Below, in pieces: positions 20,090 through 28,622 of a stretch of 64,000 nucleotides of DNA. The notes below the pieces were generated by a model. That model saw nothing but the letters and a program-made list of their open reading frames with translations. It searched no databases and was not told the DNA's origin. Numbering within the stretch: position 1 is the stretch's first letter; each line of letters begins with the position of its first letter. The translations under genes and the position numbers were made by a program. Source of the DNA: a virus; the IMG/VR virus record IMGVR_UViG_3300025617_001484, positions 1 to 64,000 of that record; one strand, given 5' to 3'.

Positions 20090-21502
20090 CTACGTTAATT
20101 TTTTCAATTGTTTCTCCAATTGGTCAATTTCTATCTGCAATTCCAGCATTCTTTTTTTCGTTTTCTTTCTTTTTGAATATAGATCCTTAACTATAGTCTT
20201 TAAAATTGGGCTTTCGTCATCACCACCAAAGAGAGCTGTAGATGAAGTTTTTACCCATCCATCTCTAGCTTCAGAAACATCCTTTCCCAATTTTCCTTTA
20301 TAGACCTCCGGAGAAATTCCCCACTGTACAATAGTATTTGGGTATAGGGATGCAAAGTCGTAACAAGCAACCCATTCATGAAGTCCTTTGATGGGTTCTT
20401 TGACGTATCCACCAATAAACTTCACGTGACTTTCTTCTTTTCTTTCATTGACAAAGACCTGACCCCTTTCCAAGAATTTTTTGAGCATCATTACCTCTGT
20501 AGCCCATACTGGAGAAAGTGCTCTACTAATTTCAACTCTATTCAAATTTGCAATCTTAAAGTATGTCAGTAGTGTTTTAAGCTTCACGTCGATATAATGA
20601 ACAAGGGCACAGTCAATGACGTTATAGAGAATGAATTTAGGGAAGTCGGACTGGTAAAGGTCCCTTAAAGATCCTTCGTATACTATCTTCTTCAATCCTG
20701 TAGCCTTTTCCGCTACGTAGTCCAATCTATTACTCTCCTTGATCTTAATTGTTCTGTCCCATTTTTTATAGATATCAAGATAATCGACCATTAATAGGTG
20801 CATGGGTAGATTGTTCTTTCCTATAAGCCAATTGGCTGGGGAAATTACTTTGGGATCGATGCCAAGTCTCCTAGCACGATTAACCAAATAAGGCCAGTCG
20901 TATCCAAACCAGTTCCATCCAGTTATTAGTGGCATTTTAGGTGCCAATTTCTTGAAGAAGGTATAGAGCATATCATACTCTGATTCGAATTGGTGATATT
21001 TGAAAGACCATTCGTCACCCATGGGTTTTAGATACTCGTTGGTCTTGTCATATATTTCAGCCTGCTCTTTCGGACTAAGTGGATCTAGACCAAGTATAAT
21101 CGACTTACACTTATCAGTAGCAATCCCAATCGAAAGTATCTTGTTCTTTGCATTAGCAGTGTCTAGTGAATCCCCCATCTCATCGGTCATTTCAACCTCA
21201 ATGTCGACGAAGTATTTCTTTGGGGTTTGGAAATCCCAAAGAGATTTTGTTAATTCCGGATCTGCCTCTTCAAGAATCTGAACCATCCTGTATTTGTCAT
21301 ACTTCTGTGTCTTTACCTTCCTAACTGGAACGCCGTCCCATGATTGCCAATCAGATTCCTTTCTTCTGTCTCCTGGGGAGCATTTTTCCCAGATGAATCT
21401 CTCTTTCTCCGGAACTGGAACATCAATAAAAATTAAATCCCCTTCTTCCGAAAAGGATGATACTTTTAAATAAGTCCCTTTGTTTTCTATATCTACTATC
21501 AT
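20090..21502 (-). CDS. gp43A: Family B DNA polymerase, N-terminal subunit (exonuclease plus motif A; gp43A-like)
   Basis: ExoI VDIEVE, ExoII GWNWFGYDWPYL, ExoIII YNVID and motif A YDFASLYPN. Ends in the fingers helix without motifs B or C. Start placed at ATG 21502 (MIVDIEN) rather than 21577, which overlaps the divergent gene. Confidence 0.93.
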   Translation of the reverse strand: MIVDIENKGTYLKVSSFSEEGDLIFIDVPVPEKERFIWEKCSPGDRRKESDWQSWDGVPVRKVKTQKYDKYRMVQILEEADPELTKSLWDFQTPKKYFVDIEVEMTDEMGDSLDTANAKNKILSIGIATDKCKSIILGLDPLSPKEQAEIYDKTNEYLKPMGDEWSFKYHQFESEYDMLYTFFKKLAPKMPLITGWNWFGYDWPYLVNRARRLGIDPKVISPANWLIGKNNLPMHLLMVDYLDIYKKWDRTIKIKESNRLDYVAEKATGLKKIVYEGSLRDLYQSDFPKFILYNVIDCALVHYIDVKLKTLLTYFKIANLNRVEISRALSPVWATEVMMLKKFLERGQVFVNERKEESHVKFIGGYVKEPIKGLHEWVACYDFASLYPNTIVQWGISPEVYKGKLGKDVSEARDGWVKTSSTALFGGDDESPILKTIVKDLYSKRKKTKKRMLELQIEIDQLEKQLKKLT

Positions 21503-21560
21503 GAAATAAAATTGAGATATCTCAATTTGGCTTTGACCAAAAAAGATATATACAATACTT

Positions 21561-21881
21561 ATGGAAAGCAGGGTCAAAAGTTTCGAGAAATTCCTTAATG
21601 AATATTATATTTCGTCCGCACCGGGAAGTGTGGTTGTACCAGGAGAATGGTACAAGGATAACGTGAACTCAAGAAACTATAGACCTGCATATACGCAAAC
21701 CCCACAAGTAGTGGATGCTATGTTCCAGAGCACAGATCTTTACAACTACCTAGACACATTGGCTGAGGAGGAAGAATTTACCAGCATGATGAAGGATGGT
21801 AAAGAACCCAAAGAGATAATCAAGTACGTAAAGAAAAGAATTCACGAGGAGCTTTCAGCTAATGCTAAAACCTCAGAATAA
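21561..21881 (+). CDS. Hypothetical protein with a capsid-targeting-like leader
   Basis: Starts MESRVKSFEKFLNE; GATATATA at 21545..21552. Confidence 0.75.
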   Translation: MESRVKSFEKFLNEYYISSAPGSVVVPGEWYKDNVNSRNYRPAYTQTPQVVDAMFQSTDLYNYLDTLAEEEEFTSMMKDGKEPKEIIKYVKKRIHEELSANAKTSE

Positions 21882-21898
21882 AATAAGGAAGTATAACT

Positions 21899-22594
21899 TT
21901 GGATATAGTAGACCATAGTCTTTTCGAGGGTGCTTATTATGATCAACCACACCCAAAAGACTCGTTATTTATACACGACTCCAACGGTCATTATAGACCA
22001 GATTGGCTAATCGAGTCATGGGGTAGAGATCGCAAGAACTCAACCAATAAGATAAGGTCAGCAAATGCCTTTGTAATAGGGGGTGTAGATCCTTCTGGGA
22101 AAGGTGATAGAAAATATGATGGCCTAGTATACAGAGCTTTTGACGAGGAGATGTGGTCACACCACCTTTTTATAAAAGCAAAAAACAACACATTTCTAAA
22201 TCAAAAGAGTATCGGGATAGAGATTTGCAACTATGGTCCTCTTACAAAAACGGAGTCTGGTGATTTCTACACACACACCAGCATAAAGGTAGCTAAAAGT
22301 CAAGTTACTGAATTAGAGAACCCATTTAGAGGAATCCGATATTACCACTCATACACAAATTCTCAGATTAAGTCATTAAAGAACTTAATCCAATATCTTA
22401 GCGAAAAATATGAAATAGATCTCAAAAGGGGCATAAAGAAAGAGATGAATAACTTCGGAGTATATGGAGGATTTGAATTATCAGACGATGCTCTAAAAGG
22501 AGGTCAAGGTTTGTGGTCACACACAAACGTTAGAGTTGATAAATTCGGTTGTTTCCCACACCCAGATTTAATTAAGATCATTAGATCTTTCTAA
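21899..22594 (+). CDS. N-acetylmuramoyl-L-alanine amidase (Amidase_2-like), putative endolysin
   Basis: FIHDS, WSHHL, SIGIEICNYG, YTNSQIKSL and GLWSHTNVRVDK. Non-ATG start. Confidence 0.8.
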   Translation: MDIVDHSLFEGAYYDQPHPKDSLFIHDSNGHYRPDWLIESWGRDRKNSTNKIRSANAFVIGGVDPSGKGDRKYDGLVYRAFDEEMWSHHLFIKAKNNTFLNQKSIGIEICNYGPLTKTESGDFYTHTSIKVAKSQVTELENPFRGIRYYHSYTNSQIKSLKNLIQYLSEKYEIDLKRGIKKEMNNFGVYGGFELSDDALKGGQGLWSHTNVRVDKFGCFPHPDLIKIIRSF

Positions 22595-22960
22595 ATAGGA
22601 TTTTAGCTTTTTATCGGTTGGTACGAAATCACTTTTACCGTTTACAAAAATTTCCCATGATTCCTTACCGTATTTACCTATTCCCGGAAGATCCTCAACC
22701 TTATCAAAGCCAAGAATCCAAGCTTTGCTCATTTCTATGATTCTTCTAGACTTTACGTTACCAAATCCAGTAGATCTTATGATCTGATAAATTTTATCCG
22801 CAGGTACACTTGAACAATGTTCTGGAGATTTAATGAGTAAAAACAAATCATCAAGAACTTTTCTAACTTGATGGTTTGTTGTTTGGTTCAGTAGTATACA
22901 GATCACACTCATTTTCCAAGGGCTTTCTAAATAATCCTCCTGAATGAGTCTTTCTCTCAC
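22568..22960 (-). CDS. HhH-GPD DNA glycosylase, MBD4-like
   Basis: LIQE...PWKM.VICILLNQT, HhH LPGIGKYG.ESW.IF and PTDKKL parallel the MBD4 glycosylase domain. Confidence 0.8.
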   Translation of the reverse strand: MRERLIQEDYLESPWKMSVICILLNQTTNHQVRKVLDDLFLLIKSPEHCSSVPADKIYQIIRSTGFGNVKSRRIIEMSKAWILGFDKVEDLPGIGKYGKESWEIFVNGKSDFVPTDKKLKSYLERSNDLN

Positions 22961-23187
22961 AGTCTGTTTTTTAAAGTCTTAATATACGAGTTGACCTTTT
23001 GGTCAAATAAGGAAGCCGTGTCCGGATAGTTCTTTCCCATGATTGTAGAAAGCTTATTTATTACTGATATCCTATCCAGGACCATAACATATTCTGGGTC
23101 ATTCTCTTTTGCTATAATCTCAGATGCTACCTCTTTAGCAAATCTGTCAAACATTTCTTTCTCTCTAGACATAATAATAAAGCTCAA
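22957..23187 (-). CDS. Hypothetical protein
   Basis: 76 aa ORF with a 4-nt overlap with the glycosylase start. Confidence 0.55.
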   Translation of the reverse strand: MSFIIMSREKEMFDRFAKEVASEIIAKENDPEYVMVLDRISVINKLSTIMGKNYPDTASLFDQKVNSYIKTLKNRL

Positions 23188-23238
23188 TATTTTAGTTATC
23201 GAGCTTTATTAGAAGTTAAATTAAGAAAAATTTCGTAA

Positions 23239-23595
23239 TTAAGAGATCTTAATTTTCTTTGGCATAGATTCTTTCTTCTTAGATATCTTAATTTTTAAAA
23301 TACCATCAGATATCTTACCACTTACAGAATCTGGATCAGCACCAATAGGGAGCTTAAACTTTTTAACAAAATCGTCTGTCCAATAAGATTCATTATCCTC
23401 TCCACTTATAACTAGAAGGTTTCCGTCGATCTCAACCGAAATATCTTCCCGTGTAAATCCAGCAACTGGCAATTCTAGTAAATATTCGCTATCCTTCTCA
23501 TCTACAAAATGACCTCTACTCTGGATTACTGGATTTGTGTTGTTTAAGATTTTTTCCATCATTTCCAATGGGTTGTAAATAGTTGATCTGCTCAT
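23239..23595 (-). CDS. hsp20: Small heat-shock protein (Hsp20/alpha-crystallin)
   Basis: ELPVAGFTREDISVEI...LVISGE...FKLP...GKISDGILKI. Confidence 0.9.
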   Translation of the reverse strand: MSRSTIYNPLEMMEKILNNTNPVIQSRGHFVDEKDSEYLLELPVAGFTREDISVEIDGNLLVISGEDNESYWTDDFVKKFKLPIGADPDSVSGKISDGILKIKISKKKESMPKKIKIS

Positions 23596-23703
23596 TTTTT
23601 TTTATTTTTTTCATATGATAGTTCAAAACCTATTCCATTACTAAAAAACAAAGAAAAAGGTGCCTTTTTGACACCTTTAAGCATTATCTTATGACTTTTC
23701 GTC

Positions 23704-24195
23704 TTATTTTTGCAAAGACTTCATCATTTCCTTAAAATCCTCGAAGCTTTTAACCACACGGTCTTTCTTCTTTTTCTTTTTGTTACCCTTCCCTGCTGCA
23801 GGAGTACCAACTGTTAAAGATGGGAATTTATCTCCAGATCCAACAGATCCACTATAAAAATCAGCATTGGTTCCTCCGGACGAAGGAGCTTGTACGTTAC
23901 CCATTCCTTGTGTAGTACCTAGAGTAGCAAATGCTCCTCCCCCACCATCTGCAGGTGCACCACCTTCCATTTCTTGTAGCTCGTACCCCTCACAACCACA
24001 GCTTTTCATTTTTTCATCCATTTGCCATTTCTCAACACAATAGTTATTCTCATCAAGCCAATCCTTGATTTTAGACTCTATCGAATCTGGTGATTCCTGA
24101 TCTTCCATAATTGGGGTATCTCCTTCACAGCACATACAAACAATTGTTCTTCCACTAGTAGAGTTTCCTGTTGGATAATACATTGATTCTATCAT
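23704..24195 (-). CDS. Hypothetical protein
   Basis: 163 aa with a Gly-rich region, a poly-Lys stretch and C-terminal VKSFEDF. Confidence 0.65.
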   Translation of the reverse strand: MIESMYYPTGNSTSGRTIVCMCCEGDTPIMEDQESPDSIESKIKDWLDENNYCVEKWQMDEKMKSCGCEGYELQEMEGGAPADGGGGAFATLGTTQGMGNVQAPSSGGTNADFYSGSVGSGDKFPSLTVGTPAAGKGNKKKKKKDRVVKSFEDFKEMMKSLQK

Positions 24196-24425
24196 TATTC
24201 TAATATTTTTTGAACATTCTTAGCAAAGATCCTTAGAGAATTTCCATCCTCATTCTTTACAGTATAACCAACAACATCTTTGTAAGAATCGTATATAGGA
24301 GAGATTACAAGTAGCTTGTTACCACTATTATCTAAAACAAACTTACCTGTAAGATCATCGTATTGTTTTTTAACCTGAGTAGTTGTAGGCTGAGCTTGAT
24401 TATTTTTATTGCATCCGCATCCCAT
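24195..24425 (-). CDS. Hypothetical protein (MGCGC N-terminus)
   Basis: 76 aa ORF, translationally coupled to the next gene. Confidence 0.6.
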   Translation of the reverse strand: MGCGCNKNNQAQPTTTQVKKQYDDLTGKFVLDNSGNKLLVISPIYDSYKDVVGYTVKNEDGNSLRIFAKNVQKILE

Positions 24426-24450
24426 ATTGGTGTTCTTTAGTTTATTATAT

Positions 24451-24861
24451 CTATCTATAATCTTTCCTCAATTCCTTCCTTCTTAAGTAATTGAAAAGAT
24501 ATCTCAAGGCTTTTTTATATTCCTTTCCATTTCTGAATGGATCTGGGTAGGTTCTTATTGCATTACCTTGTCCCTCTGGGGTTTCTGATGATGCTATTGG
24601 GTTATATCTTCTTACCACACCAGTTGGATGTACAGTATAAAAGACTTCACCATACCCATCAACCTCTGGCTGTCTCTTCCTTCTGAACTTAAGTGTGTTA
24701 TTTAGCTCTTGCTGATCTGAGGTATCGTCAGAAAATCCAAGATCTATAATATCCCTATATGCATCAGATTTTCTTATCTTATTGAGATCTATGCTTCTCC
24801 TCTCATCCTCAAGATATTCAGATTTAGGATCATACTTGTCAAATTCAAAAAGATTTATCAT
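24451..24861 (-). CDS. Hypothetical protein
   Basis: 136 aa ORF overlapping the upstream stop codon. Confidence 0.65.
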   Translation of the reverse strand: MINLFEFDKYDPKSEYLEDERRSIDLNKIRKSDAYRDIIDLGFSDDTSDQQELNNTLKFRRKRQPEVDGYGEVFYTVHPTGVVRRYNPIASSETPEGQGNAIRTYPDPFRNGKEYKKALRYLFNYLRRKELRKDYR

Positions 24862-25295
24862 CCCTTCTTTCTTTCCTTTATCCAGTCTCTATAATCCTTC
24901 AGATTCTCGAGGTTTTTCTTACCTGGCTTATCCTTTTTAGCATCCGTATCTAGATAAGGTATAATAGGCTTAATTTCACCACCAAAAGTGATACTCGGAG
25001 TGAATGTTGGAACTCCCTTGGAACTAGCCATTCCAGGGGTGAATTTTTTCTCTTCCACTGGCTTACCGTCTTTCACATTCTCAGGCAAATCACTAGACTT
25101 CGTTTTTGCAAACTTTTTTAGCTCCTTGTCAGTCATGGGTGCAACGAACTTCCCATCCTCGTCTTTATACCCAAAGGCAATCTTTTCAATCTCTTTTCTA
25201 TATTTAGGATTGATGTCCTTGAGCTTTAGATCGTTTTGTCTTAGAGCCCAAGATTGACCCATAATTGCTTGTTGTGCTTTACTAACTGAGGGCAT
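24858..25295 (-). CDS. DUF3008-like protein
   Basis: MPSVSKAQQ...MTDKELKKFAKTK..LPE pattern. Confidence 0.6.
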   Translation of the reverse strand: MPSVSKAQQAIMGQSWALRQNDLKLKDINPKYRKEIEKIAFGYKDEDGKFVAPMTDKELKKFAKTKSSDLPENVKDGKPVEEKKFTPGMASSKGVPTFTPSITFGGEIKPIIPYLDTDAKKDKPGKKNLENLKDYRDWIKERKKG

Positions 25296-25296
25296 T

Positions 25297-25593
25297 TCAA
25301 ATCTTATATTTTTCGTAGGGAGTAATGATTTTCATGCTCTCCTCTACTTTCTTATCGGTGTCCTCCTGTAAATAAAGACCTTTCATCTTTTTCTTTATCT
25401 CTGCGGGAGACATTGGCTTTGCGTTTAGTTCCCAGTTGGCTGAAGGGTCAACGATCTTTTTCTTTTTCTTTTTCCAATCTGGATAAGTCCAAAGCCATCT
25501 ATTGTAACTCTTCCCAACTATCTCAAATCCCTTGTCTCCTGGTTGGATAGCAATAGGTGATTGTGGGGGAATGTAACTGCCTGTATTTGCCAT
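25297..25593 (-). CDS. Hypothetical protein
   Basis: 98 aa ORF in the operon. Confidence 0.6.
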   Translation of the reverse strand: MANTGSYIPPQSPIAIQPGDKGFEIVGKSYNRWLWTYPDWKKKKKKIVDPSANWELNAKPMSPAEIKKKMKGLYLQEDTDKKVEESMKIITPYEKYKI

Positions 25594-25799
25594 TATTCTA
25601 TAACTGCTTCAATTTTGGATTTTGAAATCTGCGTGGTTTCAAAGAATCCAGTGGTTCCCTGCAGGAACTCTGCTACTTTTGTTTCAACCTCAAGTACAGA
25701 CTCAGCTGCAACTAGAAATTCAGATCTGTGAATTACTGGATCACCATTTCTTTTGGTTTCAGTTGATTCAAAACTAACTTTTGCTACGTAATATCCCAT
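25593..25799 (-). CDS. DUF4494-like small protein (Bacteroidota-type)
   Basis: YYVAKVSFE...EFLVAAESVLEVETKV...FETTQISKSKIEAVI. Confidence 0.6.
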   Translation of the reverse strand: MGYYVAKVSFESTETKRNGDPVIHRSEFLVAAESVLEVETKVAEFLQGTTGFFETTQISKSKIEAVIE

Positions 25800-25862
25800 A
25801 TCATTTAATTTTACCTATTATATATCAACTTTAGTGTTTTATTCCATTCCTGATAAAAACAG

Positions 25863-25886
25863 AAAAGGCAGTCCGAAGACTGCCTT
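25863..25886 (-). terminator. Rho-independent terminator with a cUUCGg tetraloop
   Basis: Minus strand reads AAGGCAGTC-TTCG-GACTGCCTT then TTCTGTTTTT. Confidence 0.85.
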
Positions 25887-25908
25887 ATACCTTTTGGTAG
25901 TTTAAGTA

Positions 25909-26085
25909 TTAAGAGTTGTTCTTAGCCTCTTGTACATCTAATCTTACCTGCTGAGCTAGTTTTTTAATTTCCTGCATAGCCTGACGAACTCTAGTACCAG
26001 CAGCTTTGTTTCCTTTCTCAACAAACTTTTCTACGTCAGCTTGTGCAGCTTCCATAACTTCTTTGATCTGATCAAAATTTTTCAT
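25909..26085 (-). CDS. Histone H1-like Hc1-family nucleoid protein (58 aa)
   Basis: Below the ORF-track cutoff. Manual translation is MKNFDQIKEVMEAAQADVEKFVEKGNKAAGTRVRQAMQEIKKLAQQVRLDVQEAKNNS, with the Hc1 signature KGNKAAGTR.R. It has its own promoter-like motif and terminator. Confidence 0.85.
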   Translation of the reverse strand: MKNFDQIKEVMEAAQADVEKFVEKGNKAAGTRVRQAMQEIKKLAQQVRLDVQEAKNNS

Positions 26086-26141
26086 AATTGTATAAATTTT
26101 CCTTTTTTATATAGGGTTTAGTAATAAATGTTTCGATTTGA

Positions 26142-26681
26142 TTATCTGCTAAAAATAAATGTCCCCTTGTGGGATCCTTCTTGCATAGACCATTCAGGAC
26201 CTAAGAATGACAATAAAACTGATTTAGTCATATCCTCATAATTTTCAATATCCATATTATCTTGCATTTCATCAAATATACGAACAACTTTAGGATTTTT
26301 CTCTAAGTAATTTGTAAGAGCCTTAGATATTTGTTCCAAAAATCTGCTTAGATTATTATCCTTTAAACTAAATTTCTGGTCATTCAGATCAGGAACATCA
26401 GATTTTTTAATAGCAATATCCTCAATAACCTCTGGGGAAATCTCGTTTATGCTCATAACAGCATATGAGTTTTTTGGGCCTTCCATTGATTCATATTTGG
26501 AGTATTTACCAACAACCAACATAAATCCCTTTTGTTCTCCATTCTCGAGTTCGAGCTGGAATAGGTAATTATAGATGTCTCCATCCTTCATAAGAAGAAA
26601 TGGAAAAGTTCCAAACCCGTCTCCCTCATTCACTTTGTTAGATTTAAGAAAGTCCGTAAAATTTTGTATTTTTTTATCCAC
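26142..26681 (-). CDS. Hypothetical protein with a capsid-targeting-like leader
   Basis: Starts MDKKIQNFTDFLKSNKVNE; GATATATA upstream. Confidence 0.7.
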   Translation of the reverse strand: MDKKIQNFTDFLKSNKVNEGDGFGTFPFLLMKDGDIYNYLFQLELENGEQKGFMLVVGKYSKYESMEGPKNSYAVMSINEISPEVIEDIAIKKSDVPDLNDQKFSLKDNNLSRFLEQISKALTNYLEKNPKVVRIFDEMQDNMDIENYEDMTKSVLLSFLGPEWSMQEGSHKGTFIFSR

Positions 26682-26706
26682 TTTTTAGTTTATATTTTTT
26701 TATATA

Positions 26707-28620
26707 TCAGGATTTGACACTCGTAACTAAATCGTTGTAAAGGTTTGAAACCTCCTTAGTTACCATTTTCTTAAACTTTGAGAAATCTTCGTCCTCTATA
26801 GCATTTCTCACCTCTGTACCACTAGTTACTCTAGGGGTTTCTACTATGTCAAGGGCATCACTAATTTTGTCTTTTATGTCAGACATCTTAATGTAGTCGA
26901 TCTGCTTTGTGTAATCGTCTATTCTATCGGGACCAGCTCCGATTAAATGTGGATCATATCCCATATCTATAAGCTTAGCAATTGCAGAGCCTAAAAGACC
27001 TCTATTTACGATCATGTACCCGTCAATTTCCTCGTTACTATCAACAATGGCATCCATGTATCTACGTATAGATTGTTCATCAAACGGGGATTTACCAGAT
27101 TTATTGTGACCTGGGTATACCACAACAGCATATGAATTCATATCATTCTTATCCTTAAGCTCCTTTGCCATCTTTAAGTGACCCAAGTGGAATGGCTGGA
27201 ATCTTCCCATTATAACATTAACAGGTTTCAGTTCTTCTTTGCTCTCTTCCTTAATAAGATCTACCTCTTTGGGGATTTCCTCATTATCAATTGTTTCCAG
27301 CTTGCTAATAAATTCCTGGTATGAGAAGAAAGGGTCCTCGTTGGTATCAGCTTCCTCGTCTTCTTCCTGTAGATAATCTACAGAAGGTGAATTTTCTCTC
27401 CGGAACTCATCAAAGCTAACAAACTTGGACTCATTAACATTCTTAGGTTTCTTTATATAATCCTTAATATCCTGTATCAAAAGATTTATTTGATCCTTCA
27501 TACCGGATGTAACTATACCACCAGCTCTTGTCTTAATCTTTCTAAAAGAATTTAGAATGAGCTTGTATAATGATTCAAAGGATTCATCCTTCTCCACATA
27601 TTTTAAAACCCTTCTATCTTTAACTTTATCCCGATTAAGCCTAAACTCATCCCTTTTTAGATATTCAGGTTCTTCAAAATCAGTACCTTTATATTTTTCT
27701 GAATACTCATCCAAAAACTTAACAAAGACATCACTTATAAACGAGATGTATCTTTCATCCTCCGATTCTCCATTAACTTCAAATTCCGCAAGCCCTTTCT
27801 CCAATATAAAGTTCATTACATCCAGCAATGTAATGCCCAAAAAATCGGAAGGCTTTTTACCTTTCTTGTCAGCAAATTTTTTCTTAGCAATCTCGGTAAA
27901 TATCGGATCTACCATCTTGGCAAGAACTGTATCACTATCCCCATCCAGTTCACCAAATCTAAAAACTATTCCCTCAACATCTTTGTCAAGATCGTCATTA
28001 AGAGCTGTTTTAGTTAATTCTGGATTAAGGGTCTTAATTATATAGCGAACGAAAGATTGGGTTTTGAATTTTTCTACAAGCTCCTTGAAAGGGGTATTTA
28101 GAAATTCCATTAAATCAGACTTTTGATCTTCGTTTAATAATCCCTGGAAAATAATAGGAGGTCTTTCAACACCAAGAAGATCAGACCAGTCATTCAGCTC
28201 GTTCTCATCCTGTATGGTTCTCTCTATTTTTCCACCAGTTCCCATTTTATGAATATACGAAAGAATTAAATTGTTCTTCGGTAGTCTATCATAAACAATC
28301 TCAACAGGTTTTTTGTTAGCAAAATATTCTAATCCAAACCTCCACCCACGTGGTATTTTTTCTAGTATGTTAGGGGGTAGGGATTCTATATACTGAATAG
28401 GTTTCTCGTAATACTTCATTAAAGTACGATCTACCAGAGTTATCGGATTTCTTTGATCCCTTCTATAGAATTTAAAATTTCCAGTCTCCTTGTCCCTTTC
28501 AAAGGAAAAAGCAGATCCGTCCATCTTTTCGTTTATAGTTACAAACTGACTAAAGAGCTGACTTACAAAGTCAGATCCTTTCTTGTTATAAATATCGTAT
28601 AAGTGATTAATTCCAGCCAT
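26707..28620 (-). CDS. Fusion of an ATP-dependent RNA-ligase-like N-terminal domain and a HIGH-family nucleotidyltransferase (cytidyltransferase/NMNAT-like) C-terminal domain
   Basis: N-terminal INEKMDGS (motif I KxDG), GLEYF, EGIVFR and LAKMVD. C-terminal GRFQPFHLGH, GAGPDR and TSGTEVR. Confidence 0.75.
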   Translation of the reverse strand: MAGINHLYDIYNKKGSDFVSQLFSQFVTINEKMDGSAFSFERDKETGNFKFYRRDQRNPITLVDRTLMKYYEKPIQYIESLPPNILEKIPRGWRFGLEYFANKKPVEIVYDRLPKNNLILSYIHKMGTGGKIERTIQDENELNDWSDLLGVERPPIIFQGLLNEDQKSDLMEFLNTPFKELVEKFKTQSFVRYIIKTLNPELTKTALNDDLDKDVEGIVFRFGELDGDSDTVLAKMVDPIFTEIAKKKFADKKGKKPSDFLGITLLDVMNFILEKGLAEFEVNGESEDERYISFISDVFVKFLDEYSEKYKGTDFEEPEYLKRDEFRLNRDKVKDRRVLKYVEKDESFESLYKLILNSFRKIKTRAGGIVTSGMKDQINLLIQDIKDYIKKPKNVNESKFVSFDEFRRENSPSVDYLQEEDEEADTNEDPFFSYQEFISKLETIDNEEIPKEVDLIKEESKEELKPVNVIMGRFQPFHLGHLKMAKELKDKNDMNSYAVVVYPGHNKSGKSPFDEQSIRRYMDAIVDSNEEIDGYMIVNRGLLGSAIAKLIDMGYDPHLIGAGPDRIDDYTKQIDYIKMSDIKDKISDALDIVETPRVTSGTEVRNAIEDEDFSKFKKMVTKEVSNLYNDLVTSVKS

Positions 28621-28622
28621 CC

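Noticed and set aside
20090-21577. Split intein or intron explaining the divided polymerase; also the longer start at 21577
   Set aside because: No intein N- or C-terminal motifs or homing endonuclease occur at either break. The longer start overlaps the divergent gene and its promoter motif.
16022-22960. Eukaryotic giant virus (NCLDV) origin, suggested by the eukaryote-like RNR and MBD4-like gene
   Set aside because: T4-type gp32, gp61, UvsW/UvsY and gp56, a peptidoglycan amidase, operonic overlaps and Rho-independent terminators all indicate a bacteriophage.
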